In this document: positions 26,753 to 38,515 of the stretch, in pieces
Layout: the number at the start of each line of letters is the position of its first letter
Position numbering within the stretch: position 1 is the stretch's first letter
From: Octopus vulgaris
Lineage: Eukaryota
Length of the DNA stretch: 64,000 nucleotides
Direction of reading: 5' to 3'
Assembly (NCBI GenBank): GCA_951406725.2
Contig: OX597827.1
Span: forward strand, 67,394,001 to 67,458,000
Position numbers and translations under genes: made by a program
The notes under the pieces: model-generated
What the model saw: only the letters and a program-made list of their open reading frames with translations
Told to the model about the DNA's origin: nothing
Database searches by the model: none

Positions 26753-27683
26753 ATTTTCTAATACATGCACAAATGCCTGAAATTTTGTGGGCGGGTACTG
26801 CAAGTCAATTACGTCCATATTTGTGCTTAACTGGCATTTATTTTATCGACAACGAGAGGATGAATGGCAAAAGAGGAGCTCGGCGATATTTGAACTCAGA
26901 ATGTAAAGACGGACTAAATAATGCTAAGTATTTTGTTCGTGATTCGATTTGCTCGACTAAAAGCGGTGCTCCATCATGGTCGCAGTCAAATGATTGAAAC
27001 AAGTAAAAGAGTAAATCTTGCATGGACCTTAACCCACTAACGGAGGCATCATTGAAAAGAAGACATTGTGATATTTTTCCAATCTTGCAGCTCTATGATT
27101 TCGCTTTCTTCTGCGTTCACTATTAGGTTCTTTCTGGTGGGAGGTTGCATCTTTTGTTGTAGTTCTTAGTGCTGCTTTTTGTTTGTTTTGTGTTTTGGAG
27201 TTCATAAAGTAGCAGACGAGTGCAACTGAATTATAGAATACTAGCAGTATGTGTGTGTGTGTGTGTGTGTGTAAACAATTCTGCTTATTCCATTTTGTGT
27301 TCGAGAGAGGGTTAACGTTTTATATTAACCTTAGCTATGGAACGTAATGGGTGCCGTAATAACAAAAAAAACTTCAAATAATTAGAAAACCGTTCGACTG
27401 CTATACTTTCTGCTTTAAATAGGTTCTGCTAAGGAAGGAAATGAAAGACGCAATCGTAATCTCTAACGTTATAATATGACCCTTTTTCACTTTGGACAAT
27501 CTTAATTGTGTAGGTAAATCTAAAACATAATTGAAATCTTTTACATTATGGAAACCATTTGAGCATGAGTCTCACGCAACAAGCTATTTCATCTATGGGA
27601 GGACATCTAAGATATAATCGAAATTATTAGCGTATTAAAACAGTGTTCTGGATATCTATCAATATATTGTTATGAAAAGAAAA

Positions 27684-28107
27684 TATTTATTTCTTTATTG
27701 CCCACAGGGGGATAAACACAGAGGGGACAAACAAGGACAGACAAAGGGATTAAGTTGGTTGCATCAACCCCATTGGGTAACTGGTCGTTATTTAATTGAC
27801 CCCGAAAGGATGAAAGGCAAAGTCGACATCGGCAGAAATTGAACACGGAACATAACGGCAGACGAAATACGTACCTATTTCTTTACTGCCCACAAGGGGC
27901 TAAAGACAGAGAGGACAAACAAGCACAGACAAACGGATTAAGTCGATTATATCGGTCCCAGTGCGTAACTGGTATTTATTTAATCGACCCCGAAAGGATG
28001 AAAGGAAAAGTCGACCTCGGTGGAATTTGAACTCAGAACGTAGTTGCAGACGAAATACCGCTAAGCATTTCGCCCGATGTGCTAACGTTTCTGCCAGCTC
28101 ACCGCCC
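27684..28107 (-). mobile_element. SINE family B dimer
   Basis: Head plus two complete body/tail units. Confidence 0.82.
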
Positions 28108-29109
28108 TATGAAGAGAAAATATTAAAAAAAAGTGTAATTTCTACAGATTTTGAAAGGGGTCATTAACGTACGTGCTTAATTCTTTTGTCACAATCTTTC
28201 GTGTGTGCGTATGTATTTGAGTGTGTGTGTGTTATACATTTGCAAGAAGTGGGTTGTCTGACGAAGTCTACACCTCACTATATGAAAAAGTATAAAAAAA
28301 TCTTATCTACCAGATTTATAGATTAATTTTTCAGTTTCATGTTAAATTGTGTTTAACGTCTAAGAATCATGGACATGAGCTAGCAAAATCGTTACAGCGC
28401 TCAGGAAAAAACATTAGCTACATTTCATCCGTATTTACACTTTGAGTCCCAATTCTGCCGAGGTTGACTTGGCCTTTTATCCTTTCGGGGTCTATAAAAT
28501 AAATACCAATTGTACACTGGGGGCGATATAATCTACTTAACCCTTTCCCCAAACTTGATAGTTCTGAGCCAAATTTTAAAACTATCACAAAATACGACAC
28601 CTGTACAAGTTTTGTACTTAATTTCTCGTCCTCGAAATTCTGAAATGCAAGGGTGACTCGGATAAGCTTGAACTTACAGTGTTGAAAAGGGGATCGATTA
28701 CATGATGGTGGTGGGATGGGCGGTGCAGGATGCGTTTATGTATATACATATTGGTTTCAATATTTGGCACAAGCAAGCAATTTCCGAGGAAGGAATAAGT
28801 TCTTAACATTGACCCATGTGCTTAACTGGTACTTATTTTATTGACCCAAAATGATAAAAGGCGAAATAGACCTCGGTGGAATTTGAAACCAGACTTGAAG
28901 TCAGACGAGATGCCGCTGAGCGTTTTGTCCAGAGCGCTAACGATTCTGCCAGATCACCGCGTTATGGTTATACGTCTTAAAGACACACGCACGTATATGT
29001 AAATGGATAGACAGGTAAATTGATATATAGACAGACAGACAGAAAAAGAGAGAGAGAGAGAGGGAGAAAGAGGATGTGATGTCTAAACTAATGTTAGTTT
29101 TAACGTCTC

Positions 29110-29760
29110 TTTATTCTTAGAAAAACGGTCTGTCATGATCACTGGTCTGACATGCAACTGTAATATTATGTTCAGATGTTCCGCATCCATTCTAGAATAT
29201 ATCCAATGATGTTCATTTATTTCCTCAAGTTTAGTCTTGTCCTATATTTTGTTTTTGATATCATTATGTTTCTCTCCACATTTATTTATCTCATCTTTTC
29301 ATAGACATCCTTCACTTTGGTGTATCCTATCCATATGCGTTTTCCGCCATTTTTATACAAATATCCCTACTAAATACCGTGATCTCTTTATATGTTGCTC
29401 AAGTAGTTATTATCTATAGATTTTTTTTTAATATTATTTTTGCATGCATTGCATTATAAACAATGGTTTTATGACCTACTTCGGTTCCTGATATTATTCA
29501 AACGTTTTAATGTTCCGCCATTAACGAGGATTTATTTTTAGATATTATCCCTGCAGGCTTTTCTTCCGTCATTCAGGTATATCTTTGTTCTCTATCATCT
29601 CATTGTAATATTTAGTATAGTTAGTTATCTTCTGCGATAGCTTCCTCATAGTTAGCATTTAGAGTGTCCATATAATCGGGATACATCAAACGCGTGTTTG
29701 ATATTTTAACCACACAAGGCTTCAATTAATGCTTCCTACTGTTGCTAGATTCAGTTATGG
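29110..29760 (-). pseudogene. Possible highly decayed LINE RT fragment
   Basis: Purine-rich minus strand with EALIEALC..KHAFDV and IENKDIPE*RK resembling the early RT region. Weak. Confidence 0.3.
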
Positions 29761-30100
29761 CTCGGCTTTATTTCCTAATATTAGAACATTCCAGTAATAA
29801 TCTACTTTCACGTCTGCGTCCATTGGATCCATATTGAATAATTTCTTCAGATATGTATTTATTTGACAAGTGACTTTATACATAGTTGTGCATAGGAACA
29901 GAATCATAGCAGTCATTTTATAACACCATTTATCTACACATACGCATATATATGGACAAATTAAGAAATGGAATCAAACGCAGGTGCTATTCAATTTATT
30001 TATACTTCCAACATATGTTTCGAAAATTATATTTATTTATTTTTCCTTGTTATTCGTACACATTGAAAAAATATACATACATACATGTGTGAGTGTTATA

Positions 30101-30872
30101 TAGCCTGCCCCAAAAGTCACTGACGAATTTCAATTTTTAATAACTTCCTTAAATTTACAAATAAATGCATGAAATTTTGATACAATATACAGGACATAAT
30201 GGAAATTAATATGAATGAGTCCAATTTTGCAACACCACTACGAGACATATGAAAAATGACATTGCTTAAATGACAGCCATTTTCGGCCTCGCACGCCTGT
30301 GCTGTTTCCAAAACTTGCACCATAACACCCTCAAGAGTTCCAGACCCCACTTCTCTGATTTCTCTTTTGATGATCCCCTTCAGTTGCACCAGGGTCTCAC
30401 ACACGGTTCTAGCAAGATGAGGTTACTACTCATACCGCAAGAGAAACAATGTAGTTGCTATGGCAGTGCTTTGGAGAGAGAATAATCTATCACTACGGCA
30501 ATGTAAAACTGGCCTCTACGTTCCCCAGACTTTATTAACCCGGATTTTTTCTTGTGGAGATACCTGAAAAAGATGATTTGCGTCTACAAAACGGAAACCC
30601 TGGTGCAACAGAAGTAGAACATCAATAGAAAAATCAGAGAAGTGCGGTCTGAAACTCTTGAGGATGTTATGGTGCAAGTTTTGGAAAGCTCAAAAATGGC
30701 TGCCATTTAAGCGATATCATTTTTGATACGTGATGTGGTGTTGCAAAATTTGACACATGCATATTAATATCCATTATGTCCTTTATATTGTATCAGCAGT
30801 TCATGAATTTATTTGTAAAGCTAAGGAAGTTGTTGAAAATCGAAACCCATTTGTGGCTTTTGGGATACCATG
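30101..30872. mobile_element. Tc1/mariner derivative built from two inverted 3' ends
   Basis: Termini TAGCCTGCCCCAAAAG and CTTTTGGGATACCATG. The diverged arms of about 290 bp both include the transposase C-terminus (ETLVQLK..IKREIREV...ENGCHLSNVIF). The core at 30399-30590 is a decayed WFQQD..RSPD..DFFLW segment. Confidence 0.8.
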
Positions 30873-31443
30873 TGTATCTATCTATTTAGGCGTCTGCCTG
30901 TCTCTCCGCACGCATCTATGTTCATACCGACATGTTTTATTTTGCGACAGTTTTATCACATAGCATTGACCAAAATGCCGTTGTATGTCTATAAACTGAT
31001 AACTAACACATTACCTTACTGTGTCATGTGGTAGTGGCCAAGTCTGACTTTTGTACTATATGAAAGCTCGTTGACTTTTGTACTATATGAAAGCCAGCAT
31101 GGTAACGTTTTCGCTGAGCTGGCAGAACCCCGGGCAGAGGTACTGAAGCATTCCTTTCTACTATTGTCTGTACACCCTGCTTCAATGGATTCTTCTTCTT
31201 TTACTACTATTGATACTACTACTACTAGAGGTGAGTGGCAGAATCGGGCGAAATACCAAACGGAATTTCGTCCGTCTGCATGTTCTGAGTTCAAAATCTG
31301 CCAAGGTCGATTTTGCCTTTCATCCTTCCAAAGTCGATAAAATAAGTACCATCTAAGCAATGGTGTCAATTTAATCAATTTTTGCCCTCCCCTGAACTTG
31401 CTCGTTTTGTGCCAAATTTTGAAAACCCTTGTCCTTTGATTTG

Positions 31444-31488
<45 letters not shown>

Positions 31489-32058
31489 TTAAGGCAGCAG
31501 GTAGCAGAATCGTTAGCACGCCGGCTACAGGGCCTAGCAACATTTCCTAGGTCTTTATGTTCTGACTACAAATTATGCCGAGGTCAGTTTTGCCTTTTAT
31601 CGTAGCAATTGGGAACTGGGGTCGGTGTAATTTCACATCCTGTGCCTATAGTAGAAAGGGCTATCAGTTAATAATGTTCAATTGAGAAATGGCTCAAAAT
31701 TTCCTCTCGTGTCTGAATCAGAATTTAACGGTCATGCTTCGATAGGAAACTTAATCTTGGCAACTTCGTTGTCTTTAGCAGAATCCACTCCATTGCAATG
31801 TGTTTTCGGTATAAGTCTCCTGTCTTCTTCCACTCGAGTGCGGCGTAGGTCACGATCCCGGCCCCACCTTTGCTCTTGACTAAAGAAGGTTTTTAAAATA
31901 TGGTTACTTTTGTTATTCAGATACGGTGGTCCATTGCTCTGTCCAGTCTCACATTGCATTTTCGACTTCATGTGACATATAGACAGACAGACAGAGAGAG
32001 ATAAATACATAAGATACAGAAATAAAGTAACGCGAACAGGATAAATTATCCATACATT

Positions 32059-32130
32059 GGCCAGCCATGAGACTCGAACTCACATATCTATGATTACGCG
32101 TCAAATGCTTTACCGTTAAGCTAAACTGCC
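32059..32130 (-). pseudogene. tRNA-Thr(CGT)-like cloverleaf, probably a pseudogene or repeat-borne
   Basis: GGCAGTT TA GCTT AACGGTA AAGC A TTTGA CG-CGT-AA TCATA GATAT GTGAG TTCGAGT CTCAT GGCTGGC C. There are mismatches in the acceptor and anticodon stems, and G at position 33. A partial second copy is at 32357-32402. Confidence 0.55.
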
Positions 32131-32459
32131 CAGTAATGAATTCCTCTGCAAATTTTAGAACTTATAAATTTAGCTTCATAAGACACTAACGTTAAATTCA
32201 ACTTACGATGAAAGTAAACAAAGCTTGTGCTAGAAGCGTTGAGATATATTGAAAGATACAGAATGATTTTTTATTCTTAAACGCGTGATAATGCTAATAA
32301 AATAGCGGAAGAGGATAAATTATCCATACATTGTAGAAAGATAAAAATACATTACCGGCCAGCCATGTGACTCGAACTCACAACTCTGTGATTACGCGTC
32401 AACATACATACATACATACATGCATACTTATGTATGTATGTAAGTATCTATGTATGTAT

Positions 32460-32843
32460 GTGGAGGCGCAATGGCCCAGTGGTTAGGGCAGCGGACTCGC
32501 GGTCGGAATATCGCGGTTTCGATTCCCAGACCGGGCGTTGTGAGTGTTTATTGAGCGAAAACACCTAAAGCTCCACGAGGCTCCGGCAGGGGATGGTGGT
32601 GATCCCTGCTGTACTCTTTCACCACAACTTTCTCTCACTCTTACTTCCTGTTTCTGTTGTACCTGTATTTCAAGGGGCCGGCCTTGTCACTCTCTGTGTC
32701 ACGCTGAATATCCCCGAGAACTACGTTAAGGGTGCACGTGTCTGTGGAATGCTCAGCCACTTACACGTTAATTTCACGAGCAGGCTGTTCCGTTGATTCG
32801 GATCAACCGGAACCCTCATCGTCGTAACCGACGGAGTGCTTCC
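32460..32843 (+). mobile_element. SINE family C (tRNA-Arg-like head; young, near-identical copies)
   Basis: GGAGGCGCAATGGCCCAGTGGTTAGGGCAGCGGACTCGCG..GGTTTCGATTCC. Near-identical to 34382-34764 and 43639-44021. Confidence 0.9.
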
Positions 32844-33160
32844 ATCCCATCTATGTATGTTCTCTTCAGTTTAAAATTGTTTAAATTCTTCTTTTGACGA
32901 AGGAGCTGGTTTCTAACAATGCAGATGGCAAAACCAATTTCATATTTATAATTGCTATGATTCTTGTATAATTCAGTGTTCTATTTACATATTGTATTTG
33001 TAATGTGCGAGTCAACTGGTCGATATCGTTTCTCGAAGTTGTCACTTAGCTTCTCGAAGTTGTCGCAATATTATTGGTATGACTGCGAATTAAGAGTATG
33101 GATATAGAAAGAAGCTGGAGGTTTCGAAGCAGTTGTCCAGAGTTGTCTATGTATGTATAT

Positions 33161-33393
33161 AGGGCGGCGAGCCAGCAGGAACGTTAGCGTGGCGGGCGAA
33201 ATGCTTAGCGGTGTTTCGTCTGCCGTTACGTTCTGAGTTCAAATTCCACCGAGGCCAACTTCGCCTTTGATCATTTCGGGGTCGATAAATAAAGCACCAG
33301 TTACGCAATGGGCTCGATGTAATCAACTTTATCCCTTTGTCTGTCCTTGTTTGTCCCCTCTATGTTTAGCCTCTTGTGGGCAATAAAGAAATA
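33161..33393 (+). mobile_element. SINE family B monomer
   Basis: Head, core and TGTTTAGCCTCTTGTGGGCAATAAAGAAATA tail. Confidence 0.82.
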
Positions 33394-33411
33394 TATTTAT
33401 ATTTATATATA

Positions 33412-33470
<59 letters not shown>

Positions 33471-33472
<2 letters not shown>

Positions 33473-34336
33473 GAAAGTTGGTTTGTGAAAGCACGTGGTT
33501 GAATATATAGAAAATAGTAAAAAGTGAAAAAACTACAGAAGGCTTGTTTTAAAAGGTTAAAAAAATATATATTTGAGTCAATATGTCTGAAGAATATTAT
33601 AAATGTTTTTCTTACAATGACATAATTTAGAAGAAAGACCGGTTTCGCGTTTAGCTTTTCAAATTTCTTACGTCGTTATGTTTATGTTGAGAAGAGTTAT
33701 CGTTATGTTTATGTTGAAAAGAGTTCTAGATAAGGGGAGGTAATAAGTGATTTCTTCCGGTGTAAGGGAGATAATCGCTTAAAATTTTTTGCCTTTCCCT
33801 TGGTGTCAATTTCTCTGTATAAGTATGTTGGAATGGTTAAGTCTGGGCTTGTACTTTTCAATGAAGAATGTTTCCTTGTTTAGTCTAATTTGTGTTGATG
33901 ATCCGATAGCACAATTTTTAATCTTTCCATTTTACCAATGTGCTATCGGATCATCAACACAAATTAGACTAAACAAGGAAACATTCTCCGTTGAAGGGTA
34001 CAAGCCCAGACTTAACCATTCCAACATACTGATACAGAGAAATTCACACCTAGGGAAAGGCAAAATTTTAAGCGATTATCTCCCTTACACCGGAAGAAAT
34101 CACTTATTACCTCCCCTTATCTAGAACTCTTTTCAACATAAACATAACGATAACTCTTCTCAACATAAACATAACGACGTACGAAATTTGAAAAGCTAAA
34201 CGCGAGACCGGTCTTTCTTCTAAATTATGTCATTGTAAGAAAAAAATTTATAATATTCTTCAGACATATTGACTCAAATATATATTTTTTAACCTTTTAA
34301 AACAAGCCTTCTCTAGTTTTTTCACTTTTTACTATT

Positions 34337-34347
<11 letters not shown>
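33471..34347. mobile_element. Large fold-back PLE 3' fragment (GIY-YIG C-terminus, 3' UTR and hammerhead) in microsatellite
   Basis: Arms 33503-33913 and 33939-34347 (about 410 bp) with a 25-bp spacer. The spacer plus right arm encode FLIFPFYQCAIGSSTQIRLNKETFSVEGYKPRLN, which aligns with FRIFPLYQFRDDTTSRQRISKENLFITKYKPLLN of the 52.6-kb ORF. Confidence 0.88.
33632..33668 (-). ncRNA. Minimal hammerhead motif, U3-A8 variant (mirror at 34183-34217 has GAAA>GAGA)
   Basis: The minus strand reads AGAAAT TTGAAAA GC-taaac-GC GAAA C-CG-G TC TTTCT. It has the same core and ACCGGT stem III as 54208-54254. Confidence 0.6.
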
Positions 34348-34381
<34 letters not shown>

Positions 34382-34384
<3 letters not shown>

Positions 34385-34764
34385 AGGCGCAATGGCCCAG
34401 TGGTTAGGGCAGCGGACTTGCGGTCATAGGATCGCGGTTTCGATTCCCAGACCGGGCGTTGTGAGTGTTTATTGAGCGAAAACACCTAGAGCTCCACGAG
34501 GCTCCGGCAGGGGATGGTGGTGATCCCTGCTGTACTCTTTCACCACAACTTTCTCTCACTCTTACTTCCTGTTTCTGTTGTGCCTGTATTTCAAAGGGCC
34601 GGCCTTGTCACTCTGTGTGTCACGCTGAATATCCCCGAGAACTACGTTAAGGGTACACGTGTCTGTGGAGTGCTCAGCCACTTACACGTTAATTTCACGA
34701 GCAGGCTGTTCCGTTGATTCGGATCAACCGGAACCCTCGTCGTCGTAACCGACGGAGTGCTTCC
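34382..34764 (+). mobile_element. SINE family C
   Basis: Near-identical to 32460-32843; inserted in (TA)n. Confidence 0.9.
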
Positions 34765-34771
34765 TTCCTTA

Positions 34772-34809
<38 letters not shown>

Positions 34810-35499
34810 TTCTGTGTGTGTGTGTGTGTGTATGCATGTATGTATGTAAGTATATATGTGTGAAGGTATGTATATATGTATGTATGTGTATGTGAATGCA
34901 TGTATGTATGTATGAATAGACGAATGGATAAATTGATAGATGGACGTACGTACGTATGTATATATGTTTGTATATATATATATATTTGTTTTATTTGACC
35001 ATCTATCTGTCTATCTAGCCATCTCCCTGCCCATCTCTTTCTTTATTTATATGTGCATACATACATATTGTGTGTGCATGTGCGTGTGTGTGTCTGTACC
35101 AGTGTGTGCGTGCGTGTGTATGTGCGTTTCTCATTATCCTTTTCCTCTCGTTGCCTTACTTCCATTTACACTGAATAAAGCATCTTTAATTTAGACAAAA
35201 ATACACAGGAGAATAAGAATTCCTGATCCACTAACATCTAGTTGTCCTATGCTAATTTACAAAACTCTTAACAACTAATTCTTCAATTATCTTGACAAGA
35301 ACATTAGACATAATGACTATGAAGATATATGTGGATATCGTAAATGGTTATTGTGTTATTTAAATAAGACTCTAACATATAACTGTTATTTAGAATATTT
35401 TTAATTTAAAGATACAGCCGAAATTTTCTTCCATGCACTACAGGAGATCTTGTACATATTAGTAAACATGTATGTAATTATATTGAATAAACATCCAGT

Positions 35500-35830
35500 C
35501 AAGGCGGTGAGCTGGCAGAAACATTAGCATGCCGGGTGAAATGCTTAGCTGTATTTCGTCTACCGTGACGTTCTGAGCTCAAATTCCGCCGAGGTCGACT
35601 TTGCCTTTCATCCCTTTGGGGTCGATTAAATAAGTACTAGTTTCGCACTGGGGTCGATGTAATCGACTTAATCCGTTTGTCTGTCCTTGTTTGTCCCCCT
35701 CTGTGTTTAGCTCCTTGTGGGTAGTAAAGAAATAGATATTTTGTCTGCCGTTAGGTTCTGAGTTCAAATTTCCACCGAGGTGGACTTTGTCTTTCATCCT
35801 TTCGGTGTCGATAAATTAAGTACTAGTTAA
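35500..35830 (+). mobile_element. SINE family B (1.5-mer)
   Basis: The body restarts after the GAAATAGA tail. Confidence 0.8.
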
Positions 35831-36059
35831 GTACAGGTGCAACACGTCGACCGGTCCAGGAATCGAAATCTTATGTTCATGAGTCCAGCACCCTAACCAC
35901 TAGACCACGTGCCACCACTCACCCCCAATATGCTCAGATATAGTTAGTATCAGGAATCTTTATCACGGATTCCACTGGTGTTAATTCTACCCCTTCAATT
36001 CTGTCGACTTTCCCTCACGTCAGGATTATAAGGCCACGTTTTTTTCCAGACCAACTTCC

Positions 36060-37260
36060 ATTTTGATGTTCTAGTTAAATTAATGAAATTACAAGAGCTT
36101 CGTACTTACCATACAGTTTGTTTGTTCCTTCCCATGCCACGCCTGGCTCATTTGACCGGTTTCCCGGTTTCATTGGCGTATGGGATTCGCCACCTGGACG
36201 GAACACCAGTCTGTCGCTGGTGAGCTACAATATGCAGAAGGAAAGAGTGAGAGAAAGTTGTGGCAAATGAGTCAGCAGAAGTTTCGCCGTTACCTTCTGC
36301 CGAAGCCGCGTGGAGCTTAGGTGTTTCGCTCATAAACACACATATCGCCCGGTTTGAGATTCGAACCCGCGATCCCTCGACCGCGAGTCCGATGCTCTAA
36401 TCGCTAGGCCATGTGCCTCCATACCATACAGTTTGAGATCATCCATAAATGTTAGAGGTTTGATCTTTTGCTATTTTTTCCTTTCAACTCTCATCCAGAT
36501 CTTCCTTCTCTTAGTATCTGAGTCAAAATGAACATGCATAGAATAACAAGTAAAGGAGAAATGGTGTCACTTTGAAATATCTCTCTTTTGATATTTAACA
36601 TTCTGAAGTTCCGTCCATATGATTTGAACTCAATCTTCTAGGCTTCCATGCTTTTTCTCAAAGTAATTTCTTCATATTCTATGCAATCCCAAGTATATTC
36701 AAGCCTTCAATGGCTCACAAATACATTATCACGACACAGGCGTTGTGGTATTCTATGCAAACCACTACTAAATTTGCCTTCCTTTGCTTAAAATCTTTCG
36801 TCACCATTTATCTTTGAAGGTACAGGTCTTTAGTTCCCTATAACTCCATTTAAAACCTTCCTGCACAACAGAGAGAATTCAGCGATTATTCTAGTGAGCA
36901 GCTTTCATATCAGTTGGAGGTATGATCTGGCACTGCAATTATATCCTTAACATTTCCTTTTAAAACATCCTTCTAACTCATACCTGTTCGTCTCGTAGTT
37001 ATTCAATCAGGAATCTCTTCATTTCCACTCAGCTCTGCATTAACCTGTTCTGTTATTCATTGCTGGCACCATATTAGCTTCTTTATCCAACATTCTGAAT
37101 ACCTTCAGGTCCAGCATCTTTCCAATTACTCGTCTTTCTACATAGTTTTCTTTACCTTTGCTAATTATTCCTGTAGTTGGTAAGAAACAAGACGCCTTCA
37201 GCTTTTGCAGTCACTCAGCATTATGCAGTCCTTTGTTTCCCTATCTTGCACTCAAAAATA
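36060..37260 (-). pseudogene. R4/Dong-like LINE RT relic interrupted by a SINE
   Basis: NWKDAGPEGIQ..EEIPD*ITT..KLLTRIIAE..GTKD..IKREIFQSDTISPLL..FMDDLKLYG. A SINE sits at 36121-36421 with a 14-bp TSD. Confidence 0.8.
36121..36421 (-). mobile_element. SINE sharing the family C head but with a family D-like 3' part; 14-bp TSD
   Basis: TSD TACCATACAGTTTG at 36107-36120 and 36422-36435, and an (AAAC)n tail. Confidence 0.88.
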
Positions 37261-37277
37261 TTAGCATTCTTCTTCTT

Positions 37278-37355
<78 letters not shown>

Positions 37356-37364
37356 TTTTAATAG

Positions 37365-37407
<43 letters not shown>

Positions 37408-37408
<1 letters not shown>

Positions 37409-37770
37409 AGCCGGCGAGCTGACAGAAACGTTAGCACGCCGGGCGAAATGCTTAGCGATATTTCGTCTGCCGTTACGTTCTGAGTTCAAATTAATCCGAG
37501 GTCGACTTTACCTTTCATCCTTTCGGGTCGATTAAATAAGTACCAGTTACACACTGGGGTTGATATAATTGACTTAATCCGTTTGTCTGTCCTTGTTTGT
37601 CCTCTCTGTGTTTAGCCTCTTGTGGATAGTAAAGAAATAGGTATTTCGTTCTGCCGCTACGTTCTGAGTTCAAATTCCGCCGAGGTCGAATTTGCCTTTC
37701 ATCTTTTCAGGGTCGATCTAATCGACTACTCTCCTAATTTCAGGTCTAGTTCCTTTAGTGGAAATGAGCA
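37408..37770 (+). mobile_element. SINE family B (1.5-mer) after a (TTC)n(ATT)n(ACT)n tract
   Basis: The body restarts after GAAATAGG. Confidence 0.8.
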
Positions 37771-38264
37771 TTATTATTATTATTGAAGTTATTGTCGTTA
37801 TCAAAATTATTATTGAACCTCAAGAAAGCCAGCACCAATAATATCATATCACTATGCACAAATTACTAAATAAATCACAGTAGCCAACTTTAACAAGATC
37901 TGTTAAGTTTAGAACGTAAAGTGGGTGTTTTTATAACGTTCTTGTCATAGCAACAAGTAACATTTAAACTATGTTTGTTCTTCTGCTGCTTTCCCTGCCT
38001 TCTTGTAGTTTTTATACAGACGCATTCTGCCAAGACAAAGGGGCTCGTCTCACTGTCGATGTTGACTGCATGTGTCCAAGGGACATGTATGTCAAATATA
38101 ATATTAGCAGTGAGATTTTCTCAAGATTACCAATTGTGAAACTTAGTGATTTCTAGTTATGCTAGCCGAAAGCTTTCAGGGTGCTTGAAGACCTACCACG
38201 TAATCGGAGCTGCAACATAGGTTGTCCTTAAGAAGTCAATAGATCACGCATAAACATATGAGTG

Positions 38265-38515
38265 TGGAGGCGCGTGGCTTAGTGGTTAAGGTGTCAGCAT
38301 CATGATCGTAAGATTGCGGTTTCGATTCCTGGACCGGGCGACGCGTTGTTTTCTTGAGCAAAACACTTTATTTCACGTTGCTCCAGTTCATTCAGCTGGC
38401 AAAAAGGAGTAACGCTGCGATGGGCTGACACCCCGTTCAGCTGGGGAACACATACGCCATAGAAACCGGGAAACCGGACCCATGAGCCTGGCTAGGCTTT
38501 AAAAGGGCGCATTTA
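38265..38515 (+). mobile_element. SINE family D (tRNA-like head, CTGCGATGG.CTG..A.CCCG core reminiscent of the Deu/Nin domain)
   Basis: Related copies or fragments are at 35836-35915 (-), 39085-39218 (-), 47656-47892, 47985-48168 and 63768-63880. Confidence 0.7.

Noticed and set aside
31045-31094. 27-bp tandem duplication TGACTTTTGTACTATATGAAAGC x2
   Set aside because: A trivial local slippage with no further structure.
32460-32535. Functional tRNA genes at SINE 5' ends
   Set aside because: A and B boxes are present, but acceptor stems are not formed and each head continues into a SINE body.
32544-32796. Recurrent near-identical small ORFs (MFIERKHL..., MVVIPAVL..., MRNWYL..RPRKDERQ)
   Set aside because: They recur because they lie within SINE copies, not because they are a gene family.
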